Program-made: the position numbers and the translations under genes
Assembly: GCA_965219685.1 (NCBI GenBank)
Contig: CBDCOH010000002.1
Location: 576,001-640,000 of the forward strand
Length of the DNA: 64,000 nucleotides
From: Candidatus Spongiisociaceae bacterium
GTDB lineage: Bacteria; Actinomycetota; Acidimicrobiia; Spongiisociales; Spongiisociaceae
Direction of reading: 5' to 3'
Part shown: positions 32,285-41,822 of the stretch, piece after piece
Layout: each line of letters begins with the position of its first letter
How positions within the stretch are numbered: position 1 is the first letter of the stretch
Notes under the pieces: generated by a model
Told to the model about the DNA's origin: nothing
What the model saw: only the letters and a program-made list of their open reading frames with translations
Databases searched by the model: none

Positions 32285-32682
32285 TCGCGGCGGATGCACG
32301 TCTTCCCGGCGCGATGAGGGCCGCGATGATCACCCACGCCGCCGAATCTGCACCCCGCGAGGCCTGCGGGCTGGTCGCATATAACGGTGACGGGCGTCCC
32401 GTCAGGCTCTATCGGCTCACCAACGTGCATCCGGATCCAGCCTGCTTCGAGATCGATCCGGTGGAGCATTTCCGGGTGATCAGGGAGTCGGAGGCACGGG
32501 GTTGGAGGATCGGGGCGGTTTACCACTCGCACCCGGCCGGCCGGGCCCACCCATCGACGACCGATCTTGAGGCCGGTATCGACCGGGACTGGATATCGTT
32601 CATAGTGGGTCGGAGCGCGGATCGGTGGACGGTGGTCCCCTTCGCTATCGGCCGGAGCGGTTCCCGACCCCTTGAGTGGTGA
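32281..32682 (+). CDS. JAB/MPN (M67) metallopeptidase, Mec-like
   Basis: PREACGL and YHSHP...PS..D JAMM motif; GTGA overlap with pdxH. Confidence 0.88.
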   Translation: MIAADARLPGAMRAAMITHAAESAPREACGLVAYNGDGRPVRLYRLTNVHPDPACFEIDPVEHFRVIRESEARGWRIGAVYHSHPAGRAHPSTTDLEAGIDRDWISFIVGRSADRWTVVPFAIGRSGSRPLEW

Positions 32683-32767
32683 GTGGTGAGTGGTGAGTGG
32701 TGAGTGGTGAATAGTGAATAGTGAATAGTGAATAGTGAATAGTGAATAGTGAATAGTGAATAGTGAA
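32673..32767 (+). repeat. heptamer array (TGGTGAG)4 TGGTGAA (TAGTGAA)8
   Basis: 13 units read directly; contains the JAB gene stop. Confidence 0.95.
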
Positions 32768-32863
32768 ATATGGTAACAGTTACTACAACTGGCAACTTGT
32801 GGCTGGTGGTCGGTTCGCTCGGTAAATCGTTGACATCGCCGGAGCTTCGACGAAGATGTTCGC

Positions 32864-33787
32864 ATGGTGTCCGAACATCCACGCGGGATCGAGGGTGAGC
32901 CCTCCGCGGCCTCCCACCCATGGTGGGAAGCCGGGTTGGAGGACTACCTGTCGCGCCTCGAGAGTCAGCGCGGCCTGTCCGCCAACACGGTGGTTGCGTA
33001 CCGGCGCGACCTCGAGCAGTTCTTCGACTACCTCGACCTGCGAGGGATCGAGGCCCTCGCGCGGGTCGACCGGAAGGTCATCCGGGGCTTCCTCGGATCG
33101 CTCGATGGACTCGGGTACGCGCGGCGTTCGGTGGCGCGCAAGACCTCCGCCATCCGGGCGTACTTCACCGACTGCGTGAGGCGGGACGCTCTCGATGCCA
33201 ACCCTGCCGCCGGGCTCGCCCGCCCCAAGACACCCCGAACCCTGCCCCAGGCGCTCAGCCGGAGCGACACCGCCTCGATCCTCGACTCGATCGACGGCGA
33301 GGATGCCATGTCGCTGCGCGATCGAGCGGTCCTCGAGACCCTCTACGCGACCGGGCTGCGCGTGTCCGAGTTGGCCTCGCTCAGGGTTGACACCGTGGTC
33401 GGGAAGGACCGGCTGGTGGTCAAGGGGAAGGGAGGTCGCGATCGGGTGATACCCCTGGGTTTCCACGCGCGGGACGCGATCGAGAGGTACCTGCAGGAGG
33501 GACGCCCGGCGCTGGTGCGCGATCGCTCCACTCCGGCGCTCTGGATCGGGGTCCGGGGCGCCGAGATGAGCCCGCGGACGCTGCGCCGGCTGGTCCGGAC
33601 GCGGGCCGGTACCTTCCCCCATGCCCTGCGCCACACCTTCGCCACCCACCTCATTGAAGGAGGGGCCGACCTCAGCACGGTGCAGCAACTGCTGGGACAC
33701 GTCGAGTTGGGCACCACACAGATCTACACGTCGCTGACGCGGCGCCACATGCGCGACACCTACGAACGGAGCCACCCCCGCGCTTGA
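32864..33787 (+). CDS. xerC: tyrosine recombinase XerC
   Basis: LYATGLRVSEL, KGKG, HALRHTFATHL, LGH..TTQIY; usual actinobacterial position upstream of rpsB. Confidence 0.88.
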   Translation: MVSEHPRGIEGEPSAASHPWWEAGLEDYLSRLESQRGLSANTVVAYRRDLEQFFDYLDLRGIEALARVDRKVIRGFLGSLDGLGYARRSVARKTSAIRAYFTDCVRRDALDANPAAGLARPKTPRTLPQALSRSDTASILDSIDGEDAMSLRDRAVLETLYATGLRVSELASLRVDTVVGKDRLVVKGKGGRDRVIPLGFHARDAIERYLQEGRPALVRDRSTPALWIGVRGAEMSPRTLRRLVRTRAGTFPHALRHTFATHLIEGGADLSTVQQLLGHVELGTTQIYTSLTRRHMRDTYERSHPRA

Positions 33788-33835
33788 GCGGTCCGGTCCC
33801 CGACCGGCGTTCTGGCTTATCGGCACCAGGTGACC

Positions 33836-33959
33836 TACAATCGCGGACGATCACACACGTTCGCCGCAGCCTCCCGCGGTCGGGCTCAGGCCCGGGGAGG
33901 TCCGGAGGCGCCCTCCGGAACGGGCGGACGGAGGCACGAACCAAATGTGAGGAGGCGCG
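33836..33959 (+). promoter_or_regulatory. rpsB promoter (-10 TACAAT) and probable S2 autoregulatory leader
   Basis: TACAAT 33836-33841, then an ACACACG...GGAGG structured leader. Confidence 0.5.
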
Positions 33960-34700
33960 TTGTCTGCCGTCACCATGAAGCAGTTGTTGGAGGCCGGTGT
34001 CCACTTCGGTCACCAGACCCGCCGTTGGAACCCCAAGATGGCACCGTACATCTTCGGGGAACGGAACGGTATCCACATCATCGATCTTCGCAGGACCCTG
34101 GAGGAGGTGGCGAGGGCATACGCCTTCGTAAGCGACCTGGTAACCGATGGCGGCACCGTCCTGTTCGTCGGAACCAAGAAGCAGGCGCAGTCCGCGATCC
34201 TGGAAGCAGCTTTGAGCGCCCGCATGCCCTATGTCAACTTCCGGTGGCTGGGTGGGATGCTCACCAACTTCAAGACCATCAACCAGCGGATCTTCTACAT
34301 GAAGGAACTGGCTGCCATGGAGAGCTCGGGTGACATCGAGCAGCTTCCCAAAAAGGAGCGCCTCAGGCTCAGGCGGGAGTACGCCCACTTGGAGCGGACC
34401 CTCGGGGGTGTTGCCGACATGGACAAGCCCCCTTCAGCGCTCTTCGTTGTCGATCTCAACGCCGAGCACATCGCGGTACGGGAGGCCGTCCGGCTCCGGA
34501 TCCCGGTCATCGCGCTGGTCGACTCGAACTGCAATCCGGACGACATCGACTTTGTGATCCCGGGCAACGATGATGCCATCAGAGCGGCCTCCCTGATAGC
34601 GAACACCATCGCCGCGGCGTGCGTGGAGGGCAGGATGGCGGCCATGACGGGAGACGAGGGGGATCCTGAAGTGGATTTCGAGCTCGGCGCCGCCGGATAA
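33960..34700 (+). CDS. rpsB: 30S ribosomal protein S2
   Basis: [36 protein letters not shown]. Confidence 0.98.
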   Translation: MSAVTMKQLLEAGVHFGHQTRRWNPKMAPYIFGERNGIHIIDLRRTLEEVARAYAFVSDLVTDGGTVLFVGTKKQAQSAILEAALSARMPYVNFRWLGGMLTNFKTINQRIFYMKELAAMESSGDIEQLPKKERLRLRREYAHLERTLGGVADMDKPPSALFVVDLNAEHIAVREAVRLRIPVIALVDSNCNPDDIDFVIPGNDDAIRAASLIANTIAAACVEGRMAAMTGDEGDPEVDFELGAAG

Positions 34701-34735
34701 CCGTACGACACGAGACCATTCCAGAGGACAGCGAC

Positions 34736-35356
34736 ATGCCAGATTTCACAGCCAAAGATGTACAGAAGCTCCGTCGAGCCACCGGCGTGGGCATGATGGA
34801 TGCCAAGAAGGCCCTGGTCGAGTGTGGCGGTGACATGGACGCGGCCAAAGGGTGGTTGAGAGAGAAGGGACTGGCCGACGTCAAGAAGAGAGCCGGCCGG
34901 GATGCCAATCAGGGCACGGTGGGCTACTACGTCCACCAGCCCTCCGGATACCCGACCGTGGGGGTGCTCGTCGAGTTGGCGTCCGAGACCGATTTCGTGG
35001 CCAAGAGCGATCAGTTCCAGAAGATGGCTCGCGACCTTGCCATGCACGTTGCCGCGGCCCAGCCCAGGTGGGTGAGGATCGAGGACGTTCCGGAGGAAGT
35101 AGTCGGCAACGAGAAGCAACTGATAGCCCGGGAAGCCCGTGCCTCGGGGAAACCGGAACGGGTCGTCGAGATGATCGTGACCGGCAAGCTCCGGTCCTAC
35201 TTCAAGGACCATGTGCTCTACGAGCAGGAGTTCATCAGGACGGATCAGTACGAGGGTAAGGTCGGTGACATGGTGACGGAACTCGCCGCCGCGATGGGCG
35301 AGAATATCGGGGTGCGTCGGTTCTCACGGATCGCGGTGGGCGAGCGGGAGCTATAG
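34736..35356 (+). CDS. tsf: elongation factor Ts (short form)
   Basis: LRRATGVGMMDAKKAL, ETDFVA, AMHVAA. Confidence 0.96.
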   Translation: MPDFTAKDVQKLRRATGVGMMDAKKALVECGGDMDAAKGWLREKGLADVKKRAGRDANQGTVGYYVHQPSGYPTVGVLVELASETDFVAKSDQFQKMARDLAMHVAAAQPRWVRIEDVPEEVVGNEKQLIAREARASGKPERVVEMIVTGKLRSYFKDHVLYEQEFIRTDQYEGKVGDMVTELAAAMGENIGVRRFSRIAVGEREL

Positions 35357-36070
35357 ATGGGGCACGCCCGCCGCCGGGTGCTGCTGAAGCTCTCGGGGGA
35401 GGCTTTCGCCGATTCCGATGTCGGCTATGGAATCTCACCGGAGATGGTGCGGCGGGTGGCAGGGGAGATCGCAGAGTCGCAAACGGCCGGACATCAGATC
35501 GGAATCGTTGTCGGCGGAGGGAACATATTCCGCGGCGTGTCGGCCGCAGCGGAGGGTATGGATCCCGCCAATGCCGACTATATGGGAATGCTCGCCACGG
35601 TCATCAACGCCCTGGCACTCAGGGATGCGATCGAAGCGACAGGTGTGGAGTGCCGGGTCCAGTCGGCGATCACGATGCAGCAACTGGCCGAGCCTTACAT
35701 CAGGCTGCGCGCCATCGCCCACCTGGAGAAGGGACGATCGGTGATTTTCGCGGCCGGGAGCGGGAACCCATTCTTCACCACCGATACGGCTGCGGCACTA
35801 CGAGCCATGGAGGTCGGCGCCGAAGTGATGCTGAAGGCGAGCAAGGTGGACGGTATCTACTCGGCCGATCCGGTCCTCGACGATGAAGCCGTGTTCCTCG
35901 ACCAGATCGGCTATATGGACTTCATCTCGTCAGGTTTGCGGGTGATGGACACCACGGCCGTTACCATGTGCATGGACCACAAGCTGCCGATCATCGTGTT
36001 CAGCCTGCTCCATCCGGGGAATATCCTCCGGGCGGTGGCCGGCGAGCCGATCGGCACGAGGGTGTGCTGA
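35357..36070 (+). CDS. pyrH: UMP kinase
   Basis: [26 protein letters not shown]. Confidence 0.97.
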   Translation: MGHARRRVLLKLSGEAFADSDVGYGISPEMVRRVAGEIAESQTAGHQIGIVVGGGNIFRGVSAAAEGMDPANADYMGMLATVINALALRDAIEATGVECRVQSAITMQQLAEPYIRLRAIAHLEKGRSVIFAAGSGNPFFTTDTAAALRAMEVGAEVMLKASKVDGIYSADPVLDDEAVFLDQIGYMDFISSGLRVMDTTAVTMCMDHKLPIIVFSLLHPGNILRAVAGEPIGTRVC

Positions 36071-36089
36071 CTCGTCGGAAGGACATCTG

Positions 36090-36635
36090 ATGCTGGACGA
36101 ACTCCTGGCTGATGCCGCCGAACGCATGGAGTCCGCCGTGCGGCATACTCAGGGGGAGTTCGCCACCTTGCGTACCGGGCGGGCGAATCCGGCCATCCTG
36201 TCGAGGGTGATGGTTGACTACTACGGAGCCCGGACGCCGCTCCATCAGTTGGCCACGACCACGGTGCCCGACCCCCGGATGTTGATCGTCCATCCCTTCG
36301 ATCCAAGTTCTCTGGCCCAGATCGAACGCGCCATCCGCTTGTCGGACCTTGGGCTGAATCCCACCAACGACGGGAAGATCATCCGGTTGGTGTTTCCAGC
36401 CCTGACCGAGGAACGCCGCCGGGATCTGATACGCGTGGCGCGTGGCATCGCCGAGGAAGGTCGCATAGCCATTCGCCATATCCGACGCGGTACTCGCGAC
36501 GACTTGGCAGAACTGGGCGAGTCGGAGGACAGCGTGCGGCGTGCCGAGAAGCAGTTGCAGCGACACACCAATCGCTACGTTGCCAAGACCGACGACCTGC
36601 TGGCCAACAAGGAACGCGAACTGCTCGAGGTCTAG
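36090..36635 (+). CDS. frr: ribosome recycling factor
   Basis: RTGRANP, LGLNP.NDG, LTEERR. Confidence 0.97.
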   Translation: MLDELLADAAERMESAVRHTQGEFATLRTGRANPAILSRVMVDYYGARTPLHQLATTTVPDPRMLIVHPFDPSSLAQIERAIRLSDLGLNPTNDGKIIRLVFPALTEERRRDLIRVARGIAEEGRIAIRHIRRGTRDDLAELGESEDSVRRAEKQLQRHTNRYVAKTDDLLANKERELLEV

Positions 36636-36737
36636 GTGTAAAGGTGCCGGGTGTCAGTACCATGACCACCACAGATACTCGAGGTTTGGCCGGTGCGCGG
36701 TATTCTGAGGCGAGGTCGCGGGCCGGAGGGATTACGT

Positions 36738-37850
36738 ATGGACGGAGAGGGCAAGCCCCCATCGGTCGAGATGGATGATGAGAGTGGTGATGAGAGCCCG
36801 GACGACGGGGGCGCACCGGACCCGGTAGATACCGGCGAGTTCACCGGTCGTGACTACATCCGGTCCACGACCCGCGAGTACAAGGGCTTGGCAGAGTCCG
36901 TTGCGAGGGCCGGTGAGGAGTCGTACGAGCAGTCAGGCGCCGTGGCGCCCGTCCCGGGACTCGGAACCAGCGTTGTGGGGTTCAAGGACATGACGGGTCG
37001 CGAAGAGGACGATCCGGAACAGATCGAGGAGATCGACCGGGCACGGCGCTCGGAGTTGGCTCTGCGGATAGTGACGGGCCTGGCGGTCGTGCTGGCCTTC
37101 TTCGGGACCCTCTACGCAGGTCCGTTGTGGGTGACTCTCTTCCTGGCGGTCCTGATCCTGGTCGCCGTGTCCGAGTTCTACCAGGTTGTGCGATCCGCCG
37201 GGTTCACGCCGGTGGCGTTCATCGGGTTACTCGGTTCGGTCGGAGTGTTCTACACCGCTTGGAATGTCGGCCCCTTCGGGCCGGGTGGAGTGGTCGTGGC
37301 GGTGGTGCTGGCCTCCGGATTCTGGTTCGTGGTGGTTCCTCGCAGCTATCCCCTGGCCAACATAGGGATCACCGTGCTCGGCGTCGCCTGGGTGCCGGTG
37401 CTGGCCTCCTTCGCCATTCCGATCTTCCGGTCTCCCGAAGCCTGGGGCCTGACCACTGCGCTCGTGGTCTTCACCGCTCTCAATGACATCTCCGCTTTCT
37501 CCTATGGACGGGCGTTCGGTAATCACAACATGGCGCCCGTCCTCTCTCCCAACAAGACGTTGGAGGGTTTCATAGGCGCCACCGTGCTGACGATCCTGGC
37601 GGGCATCATCGTGGGACGGTTTGGGCTGCTCGCTCCGCTGACCATGACTTCCTCGGTCGCGTTGGCCGCGGTGATCAGCCTGTTCGGGCCCATAGGGGAT
37701 CTCGCCGAATCCTCGATCAAGAGGATGATCGGGATCAAGGATATGGGGAGCAGCCTCCCGGGGCACGGGGGTGTACTTGACCGGCTGGACGCCTTTCTCC
37801 TCACGATCCCCGGCGCGTACCTCGTCTACGTCTGGTTCGGATACCTGTGA
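36738..37850 (+). CDS. cdsA: phosphatidate cytidylyltransferase with acidic N-terminal extension
   Basis: SPNKTLEG, GDLAESSIKR..GIKD...LPGHGGVLDRLD. Confidence 0.93.
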   Translation: MDGEGKPPSVEMDDESGDESPDDGGAPDPVDTGEFTGRDYIRSTTREYKGLAESVARAGEESYEQSGAVAPVPGLGTSVVGFKDMTGREEDDPEQIEEIDRARRSELALRIVTGLAVVLAFFGTLYAGPLWVTLFLAVLILVAVSEFYQVVRSAGFTPVAFIGLLGSVGVFYTAWNVGPFGPGGVVVAVVLASGFWFVVVPRSYPLANIGITVLGVAWVPVLASFAIPIFRSPEAWGLTTALVVFTALNDISAFSYGRAFGNHNMAPVLSPNKTLEGFIGATVLTILAGIIVGRFGLLAPLTMTSSVALAAVISLFGPIGDLAESSIKRMIGIKDMGSSLPGHGGVLDRLDAFLLTIPGAYLVYVWFGYL

Positions 37851-38980
37851 GGTCCGTCGTTGTCCTAGGGGCAACGGGATCGGTTGGTCGCCAGACACTG
37901 GAAGTCGCAGACCGGCTTGGCTTTAGCGTGGAGGGGCTGGCAGCCCGTCGCGCGGGCAGGGAGCTCGAGGAGTTGGCGACTCGCTACGAGCGGGCGGCGA
38001 TAGTGGCGGTCGAGCCCGACGAGGCCGGGCACGCCCGTTACAGGGACCGGTTCGGGAAGCGCTACGGATGGGGCATGGGGGCGCTGGCCGAGTTGGCCGC
38101 CCGGCCCGGCTGCACGGTGGTCAACGGCGTGGTGGGTGCCGCCGGGCTGGAGGCGTCCATCGTCTCCCTTCAGGCCGGAAACCGTCTGGCCCTGGCCAAC
38201 AAGGAGAGCCTTGTGGTAGGCGGCCCCCTCGTGGTGGCGGCGGCGGAGAGCGGGGAGTTGATCCCGGTGGACTCCGAGCACTCCGCTCTCTTCCAGTGCA
38301 TCCATGGTGAGGCGATCCCAGAGGTTTCGAGGCTGCTGCTGACCGCCTCGGGTGGTCCGTTCAGGGGGCGGGACGCCACCGATCTCGCCCGGGTGGGAGT
38401 CGACGAGGCGCTTGCCCACCCGACCTGGCGGATGGGTCCCCGTATCACCATTGACTCGGCCACCCTGGTGAACAAGGGCCTCGAGGTGATCGAGGCACAT
38501 TTCCTGTTCGGGCTCCCGTTCGATCTGGTGGACGTGGTGGTGCATCCCCAGAGCATTGTCCATTCGCTGGTGGAGTTCGTGGACGGGTCCCTAAAGGCCC
38601 ACCTGGGGGTCACGGACATGAGAATCCCCATACAGTACGCCCTCACCTATCCGGCCAGGGCGGAAGGGGTGGTACCTCCCTTCGACCTCACCCGGACCGC
38701 CCTGACCTTCGAACCGGTTGACCGGGTGGCATTCCCTGCCCTGGATCTGGCGTATGCGGCTGGCAGGGGAGGGGGCACCCTCCCGGCCGCCTTCAATGCC
38801 GCCGACGAGGTGGCTGTCGATGCCTTCCTCCGGTCGAGGATCGGCTTCCTCGACATCACCGCCGTGATCGCCGAGGTAATGGAGGACCACGATGCGGTGG
38901 ATGTCGTGTCCATCGACGCGGTCCGCCAGGCCGATCGCGACGCGCGCCGATCCGCAGCCGCCGCGGTGGCGCGACGCTGA
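37847..38980 (+). CDS. dxr: 1-deoxy-D-xylulose-5-phosphate reductoisomerase
   Basis: GATGSVG, LANKES, PVDSEHSA, HPTWRMG, NKGLEVIEA. Confidence 0.97.
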   Translation: MRSVVVLGATGSVGRQTLEVADRLGFSVEGLAARRAGRELEELATRYERAAIVAVEPDEAGHARYRDRFGKRYGWGMGALAELAARPGCTVVNGVVGAAGLEASIVSLQAGNRLALANKESLVVGGPLVVAAAESGELIPVDSEHSALFQCIHGEAIPEVSRLLLTASGGPFRGRDATDLARVGVDEALAHPTWRMGPRITIDSATLVNKGLEVIEAHFLFGLPFDLVDVVVHPQSIVHSLVEFVDGSLKAHLGVTDMRIPIQYALTYPARAEGVVPPFDLTRTALTFEPVDRVAFPALDLAYAAGRGGGTLPAAFNAADEVAVDAFLRSRIGFLDITAVIAEVMEDHDAVDVVSIDAVRQADRDARRSAAAAVARR

Positions 38981-38990
38981 CGCGGCGCCG

Positions 38991-39053
38991 TAAACTAGTC
39001 GCGCTAATGCTAACTACCGCCACCAACTAGAAACTATCAAGCAGGAACTAGAG
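38991..39053 (+). repeat. dispersed CTA-heptamer element, degenerate copy
   Basis: CTAATGCTAAC head, then CTA at 39027, 39034 and 39048 (7-bp period). Confidence 0.6.
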
Positions 39054-39220
39054 ACCGATCCTCTACGGCCCGGTCCCGGCGCACCGGCGTTACCGTCCCG
39101 AGTCGCGGATCGACGGCGGGCGTTGGTATTGGCCGCCGATCCGGTGATACTGGTGATGGGCCGGGCCACTGGTCGATGGAGCTGGACAGGCGGGCGACTA
39201 CAGAGAGCAGGGAGGTTCGG

Positions 39221-40330
39221 GTGCTGGGCGGGATACTGATGGCAGTCGCCATCTCGGTATTCGTGCTGGTTCACGAGGCCGGTCACTTCGTGGCGGCCAG
39301 GGCCACGGGAATGAAGGCCACCGAGTTCTTCCTCGGGTTCGGCCCCCGAATCTGGTCCTTCAGGTGGGGGGAGACGGAGTTCGGGGTCAAGGCCCTCCCC
39401 CTAGGAGGCTATGTTCGCATCGCCGGCATGAACGACCGCGAGTGGGTGCATCCTGCCGATCTCGACCGGACGTACCGGGAGCAGGCGTTCTGGAAGAAGT
39501 CGGTTGTCGTGCTCTCCGGGGTCACCCTCAACGTCGTGCTGGCCTTCTTCCTTCTCTTCGGCCTGTTCTGGGCGACCGGAGTTGTCGAGTCCACCACGAC
39601 CGTGGCTCGGGTGAGTCCCGAGATCAGCGAAGGGGTCGCCTCCCCCGCGGCCGAGGCCGGACTGCGGTCCGGTGACACCTTGACGGCGATCGACGGAGTC
39701 GTCATCTCCGACTGGGATCAGGCCGTGGACGTGATCATGACGCGACCCGGCAAAGCCGTTGTCATCGATCTGGTAAGGGAGGGGGAGCGCCGTGCCACCT
39801 CTGCGACTCTCGGCTCCTACCATCCGGTCACCGGTGAGGCCGTCGGGTTCCTCGGAGTCTCTCCCGGTTCGCGTCGCGTGCCCGTCAGCCCTGTGCGAGC
39901 CGCCGGTCTCGCCACCAGGGCCGAATGGTCTATCTTCACCGGCACGCTGGAGGCAATCGGACGCATCCTGAGGCCGGAGTCCCTGATCGAGTTGGGGGGC
40001 GCCCTGGCAGGACGCAGCGATGTCGCAGATGAGATCCGCCCTGTCAGCCCCATCGGGCTGGTCCAGATCGGGACCCAGGCGACGCGGGTTGGGATCGGGA
40101 ACATGGTGTTCCTGCTGGCGGTGGTGAACGTGACGCTGGCCATATTCAACAGCCTCCCTCTCTACCCGCTGGACGGAGGTCACTTCGCGGTGGCGGTCTA
40201 CGAGAAGCTGACCGGGCGGCGGGTAGACGCCCGCCGACTCATCCCGGTCGCGGTGGCGGTCGTGATGCTCATGGTGTTCCTCGGGCTGGTAGCCGTCGTT
40301 CTCGACATCGTGAACCCCTTGACTCTGTGA
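39221..40330 (+). CDS. rseP: RseP/M50 intramembrane zinc protease with PDZ domain
   Basis: HEAGH, NSLPLYPLDGG, PDZ; GTG start with GGGAGG RBS (alternative ATG 39176). Confidence 0.9.
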   Translation: MLGGILMAVAISVFVLVHEAGHFVAARATGMKATEFFLGFGPRIWSFRWGETEFGVKALPLGGYVRIAGMNDREWVHPADLDRTYREQAFWKKSVVVLSGVTLNVVLAFFLLFGLFWATGVVESTTTVARVSPEISEGVASPAAEAGLRSGDTLTAIDGVVISDWDQAVDVIMTRPGKAVVIDLVREGERRATSATLGSYHPVTGEAVGFLGVSPGSRRVPVSPVRAAGLATRAEWSIFTGTLEAIGRILRPESLIELGGALAGRSDVADEIRPVSPIGLVQIGTQATRVGIGNMVFLLAVVNVTLAIFNSLPLYPLDGGHFAVAVYEKLTGRRVDARRLIPVAVAVVMLMVFLGLVAVVLDIVNPLTL

Positions 40331-40529
40331 CCTTCACGCTCAACCGGACCGCGAGAAGCTGCTCCGGCGGTGGCACTCTCGGAGCTGGGCCATGAGAGCG
40401 GTCGGTGGGCGGCTCCCGACGGCAGTCGACAGTTCACCGAATGCTTGACACGAATCGGGATGAGGCGGACTCCCGTCGTGGCCGCTTGCCAACTTCTATC
40501 GATTGTCCAGAACCGAGTAGACTTCCTCC

Positions 40530-41744
40530 ATGATGAACCACCGTGACAGGACGCGGCAGATCCATGTAGGCCGGGTTCCGGTCGGTGGCGGCGCGCCGGT
40601 CTCCGTCCAGTCGATGACGACAACCAAGACGGCCGACGTGGACAACACTCTCGCGCAGGTGTACGCACTCGCCGGGGCGGGAGTCGACATCGTTCGGATC
40701 ACCTGCAACGACCTCGCTGCGGCAGAAGGTCTCGCCGAGATAGTCCCGCGTTCTCCGGTTCCGATCATCGCCGACATCCACTACCAATACCGGCTCGCTC
40801 TGGCCGCCCTGGAGGCAGGTGTCCAGGGACTGAGGCTGAATCCGGGCAACATCCGCAAGCCTCACCAGATCCGCGCCGTGGCGAGGGAGGCCAAGGACCG
40901 CGGGATTCCGATCAGGGTGGGGGTGAACGCGGGAAGTCTCGACCGCGACCTGATGGGTCGCTTCGGCTCCGCTACCCCCGAGGCACTGGTCGCCTCCGCT
41001 CTCAAGGAGATCGAGTACCTGGCCGAGGAGGACTTCGACGATATCAAGATCTCGGTCAAGCACTCGCATGTACCGTCGATGGTGGAGTCCTACCGCCTTC
41101 TGGCCGACACCCTCGACTACCCGCTCCATCTTGGTGTGACCGAGGCAGGACCACCACCGGGGGGCTTGATCAAGTCCGTGGCCGGAATCGCCACGCTGTT
41201 GTTGGAAGGTATCGGGGACACGATCCGTTTCTCCCTCACGGCGGACCCCGTGGAGGAAGCCAAGGCCGGCAGGCAACTTCTCGAGTATCTGGACCTGCGC
41301 GAGCGCACCGGGCTGGACCTAATCGCCTGCCCGAGTTGCGGGCGGGCCGAAGTCGACGTGCTGGGGGTGGCGCAGGAGGCTCAGGCCAAGCTGGAGGAGG
41401 CAAGCCTGCCGATCCAGGTAGCGGTCATGGGCTGTGTGGTGAACGGCCCCGGAGAGGCGCGCGAGGCCGACATCGGGATCGCGGCCGGACGCGGTCGTGG
41501 TCACCTGTTCATCAAGGGCAAGGTGGTTCGGGTCGTTCCGGAGGCCGAGATGGTCGACGCCCTGCTCGATGAGGCCCGGAGGCTGGTAGAAGAGGGGGTG
41601 GAAGCCAGGGTGGCGGCCGCCGACCGCCGTGCCGCCCGCGCCGCGGAGCGAGATCGTAGGGTCCTGTTGCAGATACAGGGGGATGCCAACCAGGCGGCTG
41701 TCCGGCGGGCCGCAGTAGCCAAGGTCGCGGCCCGGGACGGCTGA
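40530..41744 (+). CDS. ispG: HMBPP synthase IspG
   Basis: QSMTTT, RLNPGNI, HLGVTEAG, CPSCGR, MGCVVNGPGE. Confidence 0.97.
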   Translation: MMNHRDRTRQIHVGRVPVGGGAPVSVQSMTTTKTADVDNTLAQVYALAGAGVDIVRITCNDLAAAEGLAEIVPRSPVPIIADIHYQYRLALAALEAGVQGLRLNPGNIRKPHQIRAVAREAKDRGIPIRVGVNAGSLDRDLMGRFGSATPEALVASALKEIEYLAEEDFDDIKISVKHSHVPSMVESYRLLADTLDYPLHLGVTEAGPPPGGLIKSVAGIATLLLEGIGDTIRFSLTADPVEEAKAGRQLLEYLDLRERTGLDLIACPSCGRAEVDVLGVAQEAQAKLEEASLPIQVAVMGCVVNGPGEAREADIGIAAGRGRGHLFIKGKVVRVVPEAEMVDALLDEARRLVEEGVEARVAAADRRAARAAERDRRVLLQIQGDANQAAVRRAAVAKVAARDG

Positions 41745-41822
41745 ACGCCTTACCGGTCCGGGATGCTGAGGGTGGCGCTGGATCCTCTATCCTGCTCGCG
41801 CGATTCCCCTTAGGAGTTTGCG

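Noticed and set aside
32281-32682. JAB protein as part of a CBASS or ubiquitin-like defence system
   Set aside because: No cyclase, E1/E2 or ubiquitin-like gene is adjacent; it is coupled to pdxH.
32864-33787. Tyrosine recombinase as a phage or island integrase
   Set aside because: Size, motifs and position upstream of rpsB fit housekeeping XerC.
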